A stretch of 64,000 nt of DNA from an uncultured delta proteobacterium. GTDB taxonomy: Bacteria > Desulfobacterota > Desulfobacteria > Desulfobacterales > Desulfatirhabdiaceae. The stretch lies in NCBI GenBank assembly GCA_963789395.1, contig CAWBKP010000014.1, positions 192,001 to 256,000 on the forward strand. The letters run 5' to 3'. Within the stretch, counting starts at the first letter, position 1; every line of letters begins with the position of its first letter. The position numbers and the translations under genes are program-made. Of the stretch, positions 41,893 to 53,613 are shown piece by piece. Below the pieces are notes generated by a model that was not told where the DNA came from, searched no databases, and saw nothing but the letters and a program-made list of their open reading frames with translations.

Positions 41893-43490
41893 GCGTCAAG
41901 GATCTTCCCTGGCAGATCGACTGGAATAAGGAAAAATGCACGCTTTGCGGACAGTGTACGGCCGTGTGCCCGGTGCAGGCCATCGAACTGGGGGTATTCC
42001 GCAAAAGAGGCCTTGAACTGTCTCCCGGATTTGCCAAACCGCCCGAAAACACGATGCAGCTGTATTACGGCATCCGCCAGAAAACAGATCCGGCTTACAG
42101 CTGCGTGGGATGCGCCATGTGCGACCTGGTGTGCCCGAATGGCGCCATCACCCCCTGCCGAAGCGATGAGTCCGACAAGCTCGTTTTTCACCGGGACCGC
42201 GGAGGCCTGCCGCGCAGCCGAGGGGGGCGCCGGAATGCGCCGGGAACGGTACTGGATCAGATCAAGTTCATCCGGATTTCCATGCTTACGGACCCGGCGC
42301 TGGATGCCGGAAGGCACGAATTTGAAATTCGGACCCTTCTGGGACGCGTGCTTCCGCCGGAGGAAAATCTGGCATTTATCCGGCAGAACGGGTGGATTCC
42401 GCCTGTTCGGGAAATCTACCCCCTGATGATCGGCGGCATGTCGTTTGGCGCCCTGTCTCCCAATATGTGGGAAGGCCTTCAGATGGGTGTTGCCTACCTG
42501 AACGAAGAGCTGGGAATGCCGGTCCGGATCTGCACCGGCGAAGGCGGATGCCCGCCGCGGCTTCTGAGGTCCCGTTTTTTGAAATACGTGATTCTTCAGA
42601 TCGCCAGCGGGTATTTTGGCTGGGATGAAATCATTCACGCGCTTCCGGAAATGAAGGAAGACCCCTGCGCCATAGAAATCAAATACGGGCAGGGCGCCAA
42701 GCCCGGCGATGGCGGACTGCTGATGTGGCACAAGGTCAACCACCTCATTGCCGCGATCCGGGGAGTTCCTGCAGGCGTCAGCCTGCCGAGTCCGCCCACG
42801 CATCAGACCCAGTATTCCATCGAAGAATCCGTGGCCAAGATGATCCAGTCCATGGCCATGGCCTGGGGTTTCAGGGTTCCGGTTTATCCCAAAATATCCG
42901 GAACCTCCACGGCCCTTGCGGTTCTAAATAACCTGACCCGAAACCCCTTTGCCGGCGGCCTGGGCATCGACGGCGAGGACGGGGGAACCGGGGCAGCCTA
43001 TAATATTTCCATGAACCATATGGGCCATCCCATCGCCAGCAACATCCGGGACGCTTATCTGGGACTGGTGACCGCGGGCATGCAGAACGAAATTCCGCTC
43101 ATTGCCGGAGGCGGGGTCGGCAAAAGCGGCAATCTCGCCGCCAATACGGCCGCGCTGATCATGCTGGGCGCCAGCGCCGTTCAGATCGGAAAATATATTA
43201 TGCAGGCTGCCGCAGGATGCCTGGGATCCGAAACGGATCGCTGCAATATCTGCAATATCGGCCAGTGCCCCAAAGGCATCACCTCCCAGGACCCCAGGCT
43301 GTACCGCCGGCTGGATCCGGAGCAGGTAGCCCAGCGCGTGGTGGATGTGTTTCTGGGCTTTGATATGGAGCTCAAAAAAATTATCGCACCCCTGGGCCGC
43401 TCGACTTCCCTTCCGATCGGCATGTCCGATGCCCTGGGAATCAACGATTACCATATCAGCGAACGGCTGAGCATCAATTATGTGGTTTAG
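41856..43490 (+). CDS. Glutamate synthase FMN-binding subunit with N-terminal ferredoxin
   Basis: CTLCGQCTAVCP; GMSFGALS, TGEGG, QIASG, EIKYGQGAKPGDGG, CPKGITSQD. Confidence 0.9.
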   Translation: MPSNIPITPSTLSVKDLPWQIDWNKEKCTLCGQCTAVCPVQAIELGVFRKRGLELSPGFAKPPENTMQLYYGIRQKTDPAYSCVGCAMCDLVCPNGAITPCRSDESDKLVFHRDRGGLPRSRGGRRNAPGTVLDQIKFIRISMLTDPALDAGRHEFEIRTLLGRVLPPEENLAFIRQNGWIPPVREIYPLMIGGMSFGALSPNMWEGLQMGVAYLNEELGMPVRICTGEGGCPPRLLRSRFLKYVILQIASGYFGWDEIIHALPEMKEDPCAIEIKYGQGAKPGDGGLLMWHKVNHLIAAIRGVPAGVSLPSPPTHQTQYSIEESVAKMIQSMAMAWGFRVPVYPKISGTSTALAVLNNLTRNPFAGGLGIDGEDGGTGAAYNISMNHMGHPIASNIRDAYLGLVTAGMQNEIPLIAGGGVGKSGNLAANTAALIMLGASAVQIGKYIMQAAAGCLGSETDRCNICNIGQCPKGITSQDPRLYRRLDPEQVAQRVVDVFLGFDMELKKIIAPLGRSTSLPIGMSDALGINDYHISERLSINYVV

Positions 43491-43503
43491 GTGACGGAGC
43501 AAG

Positions 43504-45837
43504 ATGTCAATGGATGACAAGCACATTACCATTTCAGGAAAAATGGATGGAAACCGGCTGGATACCAGAATCCTGGAAGAGCGGATTCAGGAAGCGGTTG
43601 CCGGCGGATACCGGCATCTGACGGTCCAGGCGTATGGACAGCACGGCATCGGCGGCAGGCTCTGGCGGGCCGGCGATGATCCGGTTCATGTGAGAGTGGA
43701 AGGCCATTCCGGACAGCGGCTGGGGTCTCTGGGGTTTCCGAACACCGTCATCGAGGTGGACGGTCCGGTTTCGGATGATGTGGGCTGGTTGAATGCCGGC
43801 GCCCATATTGTGGTCCGCGGCCATGCGGGAAACGGCGCCTGCAACGCCATGGCCCAGGGAAAAGTATTTGTCGCAGGCAATATCGGATCGCGCGGCATGA
43901 CCATGACCAAACAGAACCCGCGGTTTGCTCCCCCGGAGCTCTGGGTTCTGGGATCTGTCGGAGATTATTTCGGGGAATTCATGGCCGGCGGCATTGCCGT
44001 CATCTGCGGTGTCAATTCCCAGGACCCCGGCAGTATTCTGGGTCACCGGCCTCTGGTCGGCATGGTGGGCGGCAAGGTGTTTTTTCGGGGGCCGCACCGG
44101 GGATTCAGCCAGGCAGATGCCAGGATACTGCCCATCGATCCGGACGACCGGCAGTGGCTTACGTCGAACCTGGAGCAGTTTCTCGGCAGGATCGGCAGGA
44201 CCGAACTGCTTGCGGAACTGTCGGATACAGACACCTGGCAGCTGATTGTCGCCCGGAACGCCCGGGAGAAAACCGCTCGGCAAAGACGGTCTCTGAAGTC
44301 CTTTCGCGCCGATGTCTGGGAAAAAGAGCTGGGGACCGGGGGCCTGATCGGAGATCTGGTAAGCTTTGACCGAAGTCCCGTTCCGCTGATACCTGTCGGC
44401 GAACTGCGGCGCTATGTGCCGATATGGGAAAACCGCCAGTACAAGGCGCCCTGTGAAGCCCAATGTCCCACGGGCATTCCGGTTCATGACAGGTGGCGCC
44501 TGGTTCGGGAAGGGCGGGTGGATGAGGCGGTGAATCTGGCCCTGAGTTATACACCGTTTCCGGCAACCGTCTGCGGGTATCTGTGCCCGAACCTCTGTAT
44601 GCAGGCCTGCACCCGAAAGAGCGAACACATGCCGGCCGTGGACATCACCCCTCTGGGGAAAGCCAGCATTGCCGCCAGCCTGCCGCAGCTTCCGGAAATC
44701 AGCGGAAAAACGATCGGCATTATCGGCGCAGGTCCCGCAGGATTGTCCATTGCCTGGCAGCTTCGTTTAAAAGGGCATGCGGTTACGGTGTTTGACACCG
44801 CAGGAACGATCGGCGGGAAAATCGCCTCCGTCATTCCGAAAAGCCGGATTCCTGAAGCCGTGGTAACGGCGGAACTGGAAAGGATTCGAAAAGCCATTCC
44901 CCATGTTCATCTTCAGCAGCGGCTGGATGGAAATGACTTTGAAAGGCTTCAGGGGGATTACGATTTTCTCGTGATTGCAGTGGGCGCGCAAAAACCCCGA
45001 ACCCTTCCGGTTCCCGGCAGCGAGCTGGCCTTGACTGCCCTGGATTTTCTCAAACGCTCCAAGTCCGGAAAGATCGCGCCAGGAAAACGGGTGGTCATTA
45101 TCGGCGCCGGAAACGTGGGCTGCGACGTGGCTACGGAAGCCAGACGGCTGGGCGCAGACACCATTACGCTTCTGGATGTTCAGGAGCCCGCCTCTTTCGG
45201 CAAGGAAAGGCAGGATGCGGAAGCGGCCGGGGCCGTCTTCAGATGGCCCTGTTTCACCCGGGAGATCACTTCCGGAGGCGTTACCCTGTCAACCGGCGAA
45301 ACCATCCCGGCGGATACCGTCATCATCTCGATCGGAGATGCGCCGGATCTGGATTTTCTTTCCCGGGACGTGGCAACGGATCGGGGATTTGTTCAAGTCA
45401 ATGCCCAGTATCAAACCTCGGTTCCCACGGTTTTTGCCATTGGCGATGCGGTGAAACCAGGGCTCCTGACCGACGCCATCGGATCGGGCCGAAAGGCGGC
45501 TGACGCGATTTTGAACATCATCGACGGAAAGCCTCTGGACAGCGACCTTCGCCCCGTGATCGCATCCAAACGGGTTTCCCTGGAATATTTCGATCCCCGG
45601 ATCAGCGAATTTGAGGATATGGACAGCTGCGGGTCCCAGTGTTCTTCCTGCGGCGCCTGCCGGGATTGCGGCATCTGCGTGGCTGTCTGTCCGCAGGCGG
45701 CCATCCGCCGGATGGAGATCATTCCCGCCGGCTATGAATACCGGGTGGATGAAAACCGGTGCATCGGCTGCGGATTTTGCGCCGGCGCCTGTCCCTGCGG
45801 CGTTTGGAATCTTGTTGAAAACCAGCCAATGGGATGA
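43504..45837 (+). CDS. GltB domain-3 (GXGXG) fused to a GltD-like FAD/NAD(P) oxidoreductase with ferredoxin
   Basis: GQHGIGG, GEFMAGG; APCEAQCP, IIGAGPAG, IGAGNVGCD; two C-terminal CxxCxxC motifs. Confidence 0.88.
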   Translation: MSMDDKHITISGKMDGNRLDTRILEERIQEAVAGGYRHLTVQAYGQHGIGGRLWRAGDDPVHVRVEGHSGQRLGSLGFPNTVIEVDGPVSDDVGWLNAGAHIVVRGHAGNGACNAMAQGKVFVAGNIGSRGMTMTKQNPRFAPPELWVLGSVGDYFGEFMAGGIAVICGVNSQDPGSILGHRPLVGMVGGKVFFRGPHRGFSQADARILPIDPDDRQWLTSNLEQFLGRIGRTELLAELSDTDTWQLIVARNAREKTARQRRSLKSFRADVWEKELGTGGLIGDLVSFDRSPVPLIPVGELRRYVPIWENRQYKAPCEAQCPTGIPVHDRWRLVREGRVDEAVNLALSYTPFPATVCGYLCPNLCMQACTRKSEHMPAVDITPLGKASIAASLPQLPEISGKTIGIIGAGPAGLSIAWQLRLKGHAVTVFDTAGTIGGKIASVIPKSRIPEAVVTAELERIRKAIPHVHLQQRLDGNDFERLQGDYDFLVIAVGAQKPRTLPVPGSELALTALDFLKRSKSGKIAPGKRVVIIGAGNVGCDVATEARRLGADTITLLDVQEPASFGKERQDAEAAGAVFRWPCFTREITSGGVTLSTGETIPADTVIISIGDAPDLDFLSRDVATDRGFVQVNAQYQTSVPTVFAIGDAVKPGLLTDAIGSGRKAADAILNIIDGKPLDSDLRPVIASKRVSLEYFDPRISEFEDMDSCGSQCSSCGACRDCGICVAVCPQAAIRRMEIIPAGYEYRVDENRCIGCGFCAGACPCGVWNLVENQPMG

Positions 45838-45854
45838 TACAAGGATGAGTTAAT

Positions 45855-47000
45855 ATGAAAAAAGCAATATTGGCGCTAGAAGACGGACGGACATTTGACT
45901 GCCGCTGCTTTACCGGCTCCGGTGAGGCAGGTGGCGAGGCAGTGTTCAACACCAGCATGACCGGATATCAGGAAGTGTTGACCGATCCCTCATACCGGGG
46001 TCAGGTGGTGACCATGACCTATCCGCTGATCGGCAATTACGGGGTCAATCCCGAGGATGTCGAATCGGACCGGATACAGGTTTCGGCGTTTGTGGTCCGG
46101 GAATATCAGCATTTTCCCAGCAATTACCGTTCCACGGGCTCGCTCTCCGATTATCTGAAAAAACAGGGCGTCATGGGAATCGACGGGCTGGATACCCGGG
46201 CACTGACCCTTCATTTGCGAAATTCCGGCGCCATGCGGGTATTTATCTCCACCGAAGATCCCGATCCGATCTCCTGCGCGGCAAAGGCCCGGCAGGTTCC
46301 CAGCATGATCGGACAGGATCTGGCCTCCGTGGTCTCCACCCGCCTGCCGTACCGGTGGATCCACAATGACATCCTTCCCGTTGAAGATCCGGAAACGGCG
46401 CTTTCCCAAAAGATCTGGAAGCATCGGGACAGGCTGCGCAGCGTGGTGGCTTTTGATTTTGGCATGAAGTACAATATTCTCAGATGCCTTGAGCAAACCG
46501 GATGTGAAGTGATTGTCGTCCCTGCAGCAACGCCCGCTGAAACGATCCGGAATATGGCGCCGGACGGCATATTTTTATCAAACGGCCCCGGTGATCCGGA
46601 ACCCGTGGATTACGCGGTTCAGACGATCCGGAACCTTTTGGGATTCCGGCCCATCTTCGGCATCTGCCTAGGGATTCAGCTTCTTGGCCTTGCCATGGGC
46701 GGGAAAACCTACAAACTCAAATTCGGTCACCGGGGAGCGAACCAGCCGGTCAAGAATTTACAGACCGGGCGGATCGAAATCACCTCGCAGAATCACGGGT
46801 TTGCCGTCGACATTGCCACGCTGAGCCCGGATGATGTCGAAATCACCCATGTCAACCTCAACGATCAGACCCTGGAAGGATTCCGCCACCGGACCCTGCC
46901 TGTTTTTGCCGTGCAATATCACCCGGAAGCATCGCCAGGCCCCGAGGACGCCCAGTATCTTTTTAATGAATTCACCCGGCTGATGGGTAATAGACTGTAG
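45855..47000 (+). CDS. carA: Carbamoyl-phosphate synthase small subunit
   Basis: [33 protein letters not shown]. Confidence 0.97.
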   Translation: MKKAILALEDGRTFDCRCFTGSGEAGGEAVFNTSMTGYQEVLTDPSYRGQVVTMTYPLIGNYGVNPEDVESDRIQVSAFVVREYQHFPSNYRSTGSLSDYLKKQGVMGIDGLDTRALTLHLRNSGAMRVFISTEDPDPISCAAKARQVPSMIGQDLASVVSTRLPYRWIHNDILPVEDPETALSQKIWKHRDRLRSVVAFDFGMKYNILRCLEQTGCEVIVVPAATPAETIRNMAPDGIFLSNGPGDPEPVDYAVQTIRNLLGFRPIFGICLGIQLLGLAMGGKTYKLKFGHRGANQPVKNLQTGRIEITSQNHGFAVDIATLSPDDVEITHVNLNDQTLEGFRHRTLPVFAVQYHPEASPGPEDAQYLFNEFTRLMGNRL

Positions 47001-47073
47001 GCTATGGGCTGAAGATAAACCCCATATCTTTATTAACCCATGCCATCCCCATAGCCTATTGCCCATTACCCAT
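46983..47073. repeat. Heptad-periodic inverted repeat between carA and carB
   Basis: ATGGGTAATAGACTGTAGGCTATGGG vs CCCATAGCCTATTGCCCATTACCCAT (22/26 complementary). Confidence 0.7.
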
Positions 47074-47080
47074 AAAACCT

Positions 47081-50000
47081 ATGCCCAAACGAACAGACAT
47101 TCATAAAATCCTGATCATCGGCGCCGGCCCCATCATCATCAGCCAGGGCTGTGAATTTGATTATTCCGGCACCCAGGCCTGCAAGGCATTGAAGGAAGAA
47201 GGCTATGAGGTGGTCCTGATCAACAGCAATCCGGCCACCATCATGACCGATCCGGATATGGCCGACAGGACCTATATCGAACCCATTACGCCGGAGACCG
47301 TCGCCAAAATTGTCGAACGGGAGCGGCCCTGCGCCATTTTGCCAACGCTTGGGGGACAGACCGGCCTGAATACGGCGATCAAGGTGGCGGAGATGGGGGT
47401 TCTGGAAAAATACGGTGTTGAAATGATCGGCGCCACCATCCCGTCCATTCACAAGGCCGAGGACAGGGACTTGTTTCGACAGGCCATGGACAGAATCGGA
47501 CTCCGCATTCCCCGAAGCGGCATTGCCGTGACCATGGAACAGTGCCGGGCCATTGTCGATGACATCGGCTTTCCAATCATCATCCGGCCCAGCTATACCC
47601 TGGGCGGCACCGGCGGCGGGGTGGCCTATAATGCGGAAGACCTGGAAATCATCGCCAAGGCAGGGCTGGACGCAAGCCTGATCACCCAGGTGATGCTGGA
47701 AGAATCGGTTCTGGGATGGAAAGAATATGAGCTTGAGGTCATGCGGGATCATAACGACAACGTGGTGATCATCTGCTCCATTGAAAACGTGGATGCCATG
47801 GGGGTTCACACCGGAGACAGCATCACCGTGGCGCCTGCCCAGACCCTGACCGATAAAGAGTATCAGCGGATGCGAAACGCCGCCATTGCCATCATCCGGG
47901 AAATCGGCGTGGATACCGGCGGATCCAATGTCCAGTTTGCCATTCATCCCGATACCGGCGAGATGATCGTGGTGGAGATGAATCCCCGGGTATCCCGCAG
48001 CTCCGCCCTGGCCTCCAAGGCAACCGGATACCCCATCGCCAAAATCGCCGCCAAGCTGGCCGTGGGGTATACGCTCGATGAAATCCCCAACGACATCACC
48101 GGCGAAACCATGGCATCGTTCGAGCCCACCATCGATTATTGCGTGGTCAAAATTCCCAGGTGGACGTTTGAAAAATTTCCGGAAACCCAGGATTTTCTGA
48201 CAACCGCCATGAAATCCGTGGGTGAGACCATGTCCATTGGCCGCACCTTTAAGGAAGCCCTCCAAAAAGGCATCCGGTCCCTTGAGATCGGCCGATATGG
48301 ACTGGGAGGAGACGGCAAGGACCCTGCCATACTGCCTACCCGGCTTGAAATTGAACAGCGCCTGGCAACCCCCAATTCCCAGCGGATATTTTACCTGCGA
48401 TACGCCCTGCAGAGCGGCATGAGCATGGAAGCCATCTACGATCTGACCCGGATCGACCCGTGGTTTCTGGATCAGATCCGGCAGATCGTGGATATGGAAA
48501 CGGAAATTGCCGCAGCAGGAAAAGATATTTCAGCAGAATTGCTAAGAGAGGCCAAGTCAACGGGGTTTTCCGACATCCAGATCGCCTGCCTCATCGGGTC
48601 AACCGAACAGGATGTCAGGAAACGGCGAACGGAACTGGGGATCCTTCCGGTCTATAAGCTGGTGGACACGTGCGCCGCCGAGTTCAAGGCCGCCACTCCC
48701 TATTATTATTCCACGTATGAAACGGAAAATGAAGCCCGGGTGTCGGACCGGAAAAAAGTCATGATTCTGGGCGGTGGTCCCAACCGGATCGGACAGGGAA
48801 TCGAGTTTGACTACTGCTGCGTCCATGCCTCCTTCGCCCTTCGGGAAGAAGGGATTGAAAGCATCATGGTAAACAGCAATCCCGAGACCGTCAGCACGGA
48901 TTACGACACGTCCGACAAGCTCTATTTCGAGCCCCTGACCCGCGAGGATGTGCTGCACATCGTTGAGACGGAAAAGCCGTTCGGTGTGATTGTCCAGTTC
49001 GGCGGGCAGACCCCGCTCAACCTGTCCACCTCCCTTTTTAAGGCCGGCGTGCCCATTCTGGGGACCCAGCCAGAAAGCATCGATCGGGCCGAAGACAGAA
49101 AACTCTTCCAGGCCATGCTCCATAAGCTCGGCCTGATTCAGCCGGCAAACGGCACCGCAACCTCTGTTGCCGAGGCTGCCGCGGTTGCCCAAACCATCGG
49201 ATATCCGGTTGTTGTCCGGCCTTCCTATGTTCTGGGCGGCAGGGCCATGAAGATTGTCTACGACCCCAAAGAACTGGAAAACTTTACCCTGCTGGCCATC
49301 GCCGCATCGCCGGACCATCCGGTGCTGATCGATAAATTTCTGGAAGACGCCGTTGAAGTGGATGTGGATGCCATTTCCGACGGAAACACCACGATTATCG
49401 GCGGCATCATGGAGCACATCGAGGAGGCCGGCATTCATTCCGGGGATTCCGCCTGCGTGCTGCCGCCTTATAGCCTGAAACCGGAGATTCTTGAAGAGAT
49501 CACCCGGGCCACAAAGGCCATGGCCGCTGAACTTAATGTGATCGGGCTGATGAATGTGCAATATGCGGTCAAAAACGACAGCCTGTTTGTCCTGGAAGTC
49601 AACCCGAGGGCATCCAGAACCATTCCGTTCGTCAGCAAGGCCACCGGTGTTCCCCTTGCCAAGCTGGCAACCAAGATCATGCTGGGCAAAACCCTGAAAG
49701 AGCTGGGGGTGACGACGGAAAAAGTGCCATCCCACATATCGGTCAAGGAGGCGGTCATGCCGTTTAACCGGTTTCCGGATGTGGATACCCTGCTCGGCCC
49801 GGAGATGAAGTCCACAGGCGAAGTCATGGGTATCGACGAAGACCTGGGTTCCGCCTATGCCAAAGCCCAGCTCGGCGCTGGCCAGAATCTGCCCCTTGAA
49901 GGCGCCGTCTTTATCAGCGTCAAGGATCGGGATAAACCCGGCGCCCTGATGGTTGCCAGACAGCTTCAGGAAATCGGATTTTCCCTCATGACAACGCGCG

Positions 50001-50287
50001 GAACCGGGGTGTATCTGGAAAAGAGCGGCATTCCCAGCCGGATGGTCAACAAGGTGTCGGTGGGCCGGCCCCATGTGGTGGACGCCATCATGAACCGGGA
50101 AATCCAGCTCATCGTCAACACCGGATTCGGCAATGAAACCAAGCGAGACGGCTACCTTTTAAGGCGCGCCGCCATCAAATACAACATTCCCTATACAACG
50201 ACCCTGGCCGGAGCCATTGCCCTGGCAAAGGCCATTGCCGCCATGAAACAAAAGGATCTTTCGGTAAAATCCCTTCAGGAATATTGA
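47081..50287 (+). CDS. carB: Carbamoyl-phosphate synthase large subunit
   Basis: [36 protein letters not shown]. Confidence 0.98.
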   Translation: MPKRTDIHKILIIGAGPIIISQGCEFDYSGTQACKALKEEGYEVVLINSNPATIMTDPDMADRTYIEPITPETVAKIVERERPCAILPTLGGQTGLNTAIKVAEMGVLEKYGVEMIGATIPSIHKAEDRDLFRQAMDRIGLRIPRSGIAVTMEQCRAIVDDIGFPIIIRPSYTLGGTGGGVAYNAEDLEIIAKAGLDASLITQVMLEESVLGWKEYELEVMRDHNDNVVIICSIENVDAMGVHTGDSITVAPAQTLTDKEYQRMRNAAIAIIREIGVDTGGSNVQFAIHPDTGEMIVVEMNPRVSRSSALASKATGYPIAKIAAKLAVGYTLDEIPNDITGETMASFEPTIDYCVVKIPRWTFEKFPETQDFLTTAMKSVGETMSIGRTFKEALQKGIRSLEIGRYGLGGDGKDPAILPTRLEIEQRLATPNSQRIFYLRYALQSGMSMEAIYDLTRIDPWFLDQIRQIVDMETEIAAAGKDISAELLREAKSTGFSDIQIACLIGSTEQDVRKRRTELGILPVYKLVDTCAAEFKAATPYYYSTYETENEARVSDRKKVMILGGGPNRIGQGIEFDYCCVHASFALREEGIESIMVNSNPETVSTDYDTSDKLYFEPLTREDVLHIVETEKPFGVIVQFGGQTPLNLSTSLFKAGVPILGTQPESIDRAEDRKLFQAMLHKLGLIQPANGTATSVAEAAAVAQTIGYPVVVRPSYVLGGRAMKIVYDPKELENFTLLAIAASPDHPVLIDKFLEDAVEVDVDAISDGNTTIIGGIMEHIEEAGIHSGDSACVLPPYSLKPEILEEITRATKAMAAELNVIGLMNVQYAVKNDSLFVLEVNPRASRTIPFVSKATGVPLAKLATKIMLGKTLKELGVTTEKVPSHISVKEAVMPFNRFPDVDTLLGPEMKSTGEVMGIDEDLGSAYAKAQLGAGQNLPLEGAVFISVKDRDKPGALMVARQLQEIGFSLMTTRGTGVYLEKSGIPSRMVNKVSVGRPHVVDAIMNREIQLIVNTGFGNETKRDGYLLRRAAIKYNIPYTTTLAGAIALAKAIAAMKQKDLSVKSLQEY

Positions 50288-50305
50288 GAGCAAAGAAAAA
50301 AAATC

Positions 50306-51757
50306 ATGAACGATACGTCCTGTTTTGAATTTGAGCAATTTCCCGATGAAGACAAGCCTCGGGAAGCCTGCGGCCTGTTCGGCATTCACGGCCATCCGGA
50401 TTCGGCCAGGCTGACCTACTTCGGGCTCTATGCGCTTCAGCACCGGGGCCAGGAAAGCGCCGGCATCGCCGTGATTCAGAACCGGCAGATCATCTCTCAC
50501 AAGGGGATGGGGCTGGTTTCGGATGTGTTTAAAGAACCCTGCCTGGATCTTCTGGACGGCGCCAGCGCCATCGGCCATGTCCGGTATTCAACCACCGGAA
50601 GCTCCATTCTGAACAATGCCCAGCCCTTTGTCGTTCACCACCGTCAGCGCTCCTATGCCGTTGCTCACAACGGAAATCTGGTGAATGCCCCCGCACTGAA
50701 AAACGAGCTGGAAGAATCGGGCTCCATTTTTCAAACGACAACGGACAGCGAGGTGTTTCTTCATCTATTTGTCAAAAATCTTCAGATGGGATTTGAGAAA
50801 GCTCTGGTCGAAGCCGTTTCGCGCATCAAGGGGGCCTTTTCCCTGGTCGTCATGACAAACAAGGGCGAGATCATCGGCATCAAAGACCCCAATGGATTCA
50901 GGCCCCTTTGTCTGGGCAGGCTGAACGGCCATTACGTGCTGGCCTCTGAAACCTGCGCCCTGGATCTGGTGGAGGCCGAGTTCATCCGGGAGCTGAACCC
51001 GGGGGAAATCGTCATCATCAGCCAGGACGGGATTCGCAGCATTCAAACCCCGCCGGCTGCCTGCCGGTCGTTTTGCATATTTGAATTTATCTATTTCGCC
51101 AGACCGGACAGCACCATATTCGGCAAGAACGTCTATCTCACCCGGAAAGCCCATGGCCGCCAGCTGGCATCCGAGGCCCCGGTTCAGGCCGATTTGATCA
51201 TGCCGTTCCCGGATTCCGGAACATATGCGGCCCTGGGATATTCCGAAGCATCCGGTATCCCGTTTGAAATGGGAATGATCCGAAACCATTACGTGGGACG
51301 GACCTTTATTCAGCCGACCCAGAGCATGCGGGATTTCGGCGTCCGGGTGAAGCTGAACCCCGTCAAGGAACTTCTCAAGGGCAAAGACATCGTCATCATT
51401 GAAGACTCCATTATCCGGGGCACGACGGTTCGAACCCGTGTCAAGGCGCTTCGGGAACTCGGGGTCAAACGGGTCCACCTGCGGGTCAGCGGACCGGCCC
51501 ACCGGTTTCCCTGTCATTACGGCATTGATTTTTCTACCAAGGGCGAGCTGATCGCTTCCCGGATGCGGGTTGAAGAGCTCAGGGATTTTCTGGGACTCGA
51601 TTCGCTGCATTATCTGAGCCTGAAAGGCCTTCTGGCGGCAACCTGTATTGAAAATCCCGAAGATTGTTTTTGCAAGGCCTGTTTCGACGGGTGTTATCCG
51701 GTTGAATTCGATGAAAATCTCACCAAGGATTGTATGGAACAGAATTTAAGCGAATAG
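50306..51757 (+). CDS. purF: Amidophosphoribosyltransferase
   Basis: EACGLFG, LQHRGQE, GHVRYST, FEFIYFARPDS, EDSIIRGTT. Confidence 0.96.
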   Translation: MNDTSCFEFEQFPDEDKPREACGLFGIHGHPDSARLTYFGLYALQHRGQESAGIAVIQNRQIISHKGMGLVSDVFKEPCLDLLDGASAIGHVRYSTTGSSILNNAQPFVVHHRQRSYAVAHNGNLVNAPALKNELEESGSIFQTTTDSEVFLHLFVKNLQMGFEKALVEAVSRIKGAFSLVVMTNKGEIIGIKDPNGFRPLCLGRLNGHYVLASETCALDLVEAEFIRELNPGEIVIISQDGIRSIQTPPAACRSFCIFEFIYFARPDSTIFGKNVYLTRKAHGRQLASEAPVQADLIMPFPDSGTYAALGYSEASGIPFEMGMIRNHYVGRTFIQPTQSMRDFGVRVKLNPVKELLKGKDIVIIEDSIIRGTTVRTRVKALRELGVKRVHLRVSGPAHRFPCHYGIDFSTKGELIASRMRVEELRDFLGLDSLHYLSLKGLLAATCIENPEDCFCKACFDGCYPVEFDENLTKDCMEQNLSE

Positions 51758-51941
51758 ACAGGTGCCGGACAGATAATTTTGAACTTGCGTAAAGCCTGAT
51801 CTTGTGTTAGGTTTTCTAAAATCAAGATTAGCATGCGTATTTTTATGAATATATCGTTGAAATCATTACCATGCAGTCAGCATGGACATCCTTTGCAGAA
51901 CCTTAAATAAACGGATAACATTAAAGGAGGGGGTATTTTCT

Positions 51942-52220
51942 ATGAAAACTTTGATCGGTGGTGCAGTAGCAGCGGTATTGGGACTTATCGGTGTTTCTAT
52001 TTGGTTTAAGGAATTCTTGCAGATCCTGGCCGGCGTACTTCCTATCATGCTGCTTCTTGGCGGCGGTCTGGCGCTTTATCTGGGATTTGACGAATTGAAG
52101 GATACCTGGAAAAAAGATGATAAACCGGCCGCTCCTGCTGCCGATAACGTAGATAAATACAAACAGGAAATCGATGATCTGAAAAAAGAAATCGAAACCT
52201 TAAAGACCGAAAAGGCCTGA
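51942..52220 (+). CDS. Small membrane protein with C-terminal coiled coil
   Basis: RBS AAGGAGG; two hydrophobic helices then charged tail. Confidence 0.75.
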   Translation: MKTLIGGAVAAVLGLIGVSIWFKEFLQILAGVLPIMLLLGGGLALYLGFDELKDTWKKDDKPAAPAADNVDKYKQEIDDLKKEIETLKTEKA

Positions 52221-52299
52221 TTTTCAACCGGTTTTTTTCGTAAATAAACGATCGGATTTTCCCGCCGGCACCCAGAAATGGCTGTTTCCTTCCGGATAA

Positions 52300-52333
52300 A
52301 AAAGGAGTATTGGCATATGCCGATGCTCCTTTT
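52300..52333. terminator. Bidirectional intrinsic terminator
   Basis: AAAAGGAGTATTGGCA-TA-TGCCGATGCTCCTTTT between convergent genes. Confidence 0.7.
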
Positions 52334-52336
52334 CTG

Positions 52337-53014
52337 TTATGTCTGTTGTAGAATTGCCGAGGTCGCCAGTTTATCGGCCCGTTCATTGCCTTCTATTCCC
52401 GCATGCCCTTTGACTTTGACGAATGACAGGTTTTTGAATCGTTGCATCAGCACGCGGATGTCGCTGACAAGCTGCGTATTTTTTCTGGCCTTCCATCCCC
52501 GCACCAGCAGGCCGTAGGCATAGCCGCTGTCCGTATAGACCCGTATCGGCAAATCGGGATTCTTTACCTCCAGAAGGCCGGTGCGAATGGCCTCCAGCTC
52601 GGCAATGTTGTTGGTGCCCAATCCGATATTCCGGGAGATTTCCTTTTCGTGTCCCCGATAGCGAAGCAGAACCCCGATTCCGGATGGACCTGGGTTTCCA
52701 GATGAAGCGCCATCGGCATAGATTTGAATGCAGTCCGGGTCCTCCGGGCAGGGCGGCTCGCTTGACGGGTGGATCGCTTTTCGGGTCTCCCTGGGTTTGC
52801 TGCGGGGGGTTGCAGCAGCGTCCCCGGGTTCGGCATCCAGGGGCAACAGATCCGTTTCGCGGACCCGATATTCATAATCCTGCTCCTTTTGATACTTGAT
52901 CAGGACTTTACCGTTGTGGGCCTGGATTTTCCCGTCCGAATCGGCCGCTACCCAGACCTTGTTCCGCTTGAAGCGCATGCGTATCCAGCCTGAATCACCC
53001 GTTGTCATCGTCAT
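52337..53014 (-). CDS. rnhA: Ribonuclease HI with extra N-terminal domain
   Basis: YADGASSGNPG, TNNIAEL, YTDS, VKGHAG..GNERADKLA. Confidence 0.92.
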   Translation of the reverse strand: MTMTTGDSGWIRMRFKRNKVWVAADSDGKIQAHNGKVLIKYQKEQDYEYRVRETDLLPLDAEPGDAAATPRSKPRETRKAIHPSSEPPCPEDPDCIQIYADGASSGNPGPSGIGVLLRYRGHEKEISRNIGLGTNNIAELEAIRTGLLEVKNPDLPIRVYTDSGYAYGLLVRGWKARKNTQLVSDIRVLMQRFKNLSFVKVKGHAGIEGNERADKLATSAILQQT

Positions 53015-53196
53015 TGCCCCCTGTCGATTGAAAATGAATCAGCATATTTATTCAAGCCTGTTCCGTCAAGACTTTTATGAATTTCGGCTTTTGGGAAAAC
53101 AGGGGCATTGTGTATTGCCGTGGAAACCGGTACAATTACCGTGTACGTTATGGAATATGACAAGCTTGCGGTGATCGTTTTTTGGGAATGTATGAG

Positions 53197-53613
53197 ATGA
53201 AAAAAATTTCCGACCCCCTTTCGCCGGTTTTCAGCACGGGTTCGCCCAAAGTCTATGAATATCCCCTTGCCGAAGGCTGGGTGGCCATGGCCGGAAAAAC
53301 CGATGTGGACAATGACCTGCTGAGCCTGAAAACTGCCGGCCCCAATGACTGGTGGTTTCATGTTCGCGGCATGCCCGGAAGTCATGTTCTGCTTGTTGGA
53401 ACCAGCAATGAGGAGCCGGGAAGCGAACTGCTCCGCCAGGCGGCCGCCATTGCAGCCTATCACAGCAAGGCCCGGGACGGCGGAACGGTTTCGGTTTCCG
53501 CGACCCGCGCCCGGTATGTTTCCAAACCGCGCGGCGCCAAACCCGGAACCGTCACGATTCGAAAAGAAATCGTATTGAAGGTGCGCCCGGCAATCCCGAA
53601 ACCGCCGTCATGA
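53197..53613 (+). CDS. Stand-alone NFACT RNA-binding (DUF814) domain protein
   Basis: GKTDVDNDLL, WWFHVRGMPGSHV, AAAIAAYHSKA, VSKPRGAKPG. Confidence 0.88.
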   Translation: MKKISDPLSPVFSTGSPKVYEYPLAEGWVAMAGKTDVDNDLLSLKTAGPNDWWFHVRGMPGSHVLLVGTSNEEPGSELLRQAAAIAAYHSKARDGGTVSVSATRARYVSKPRGAKPGTVTIRKEIVLKVRPAIPKPPS

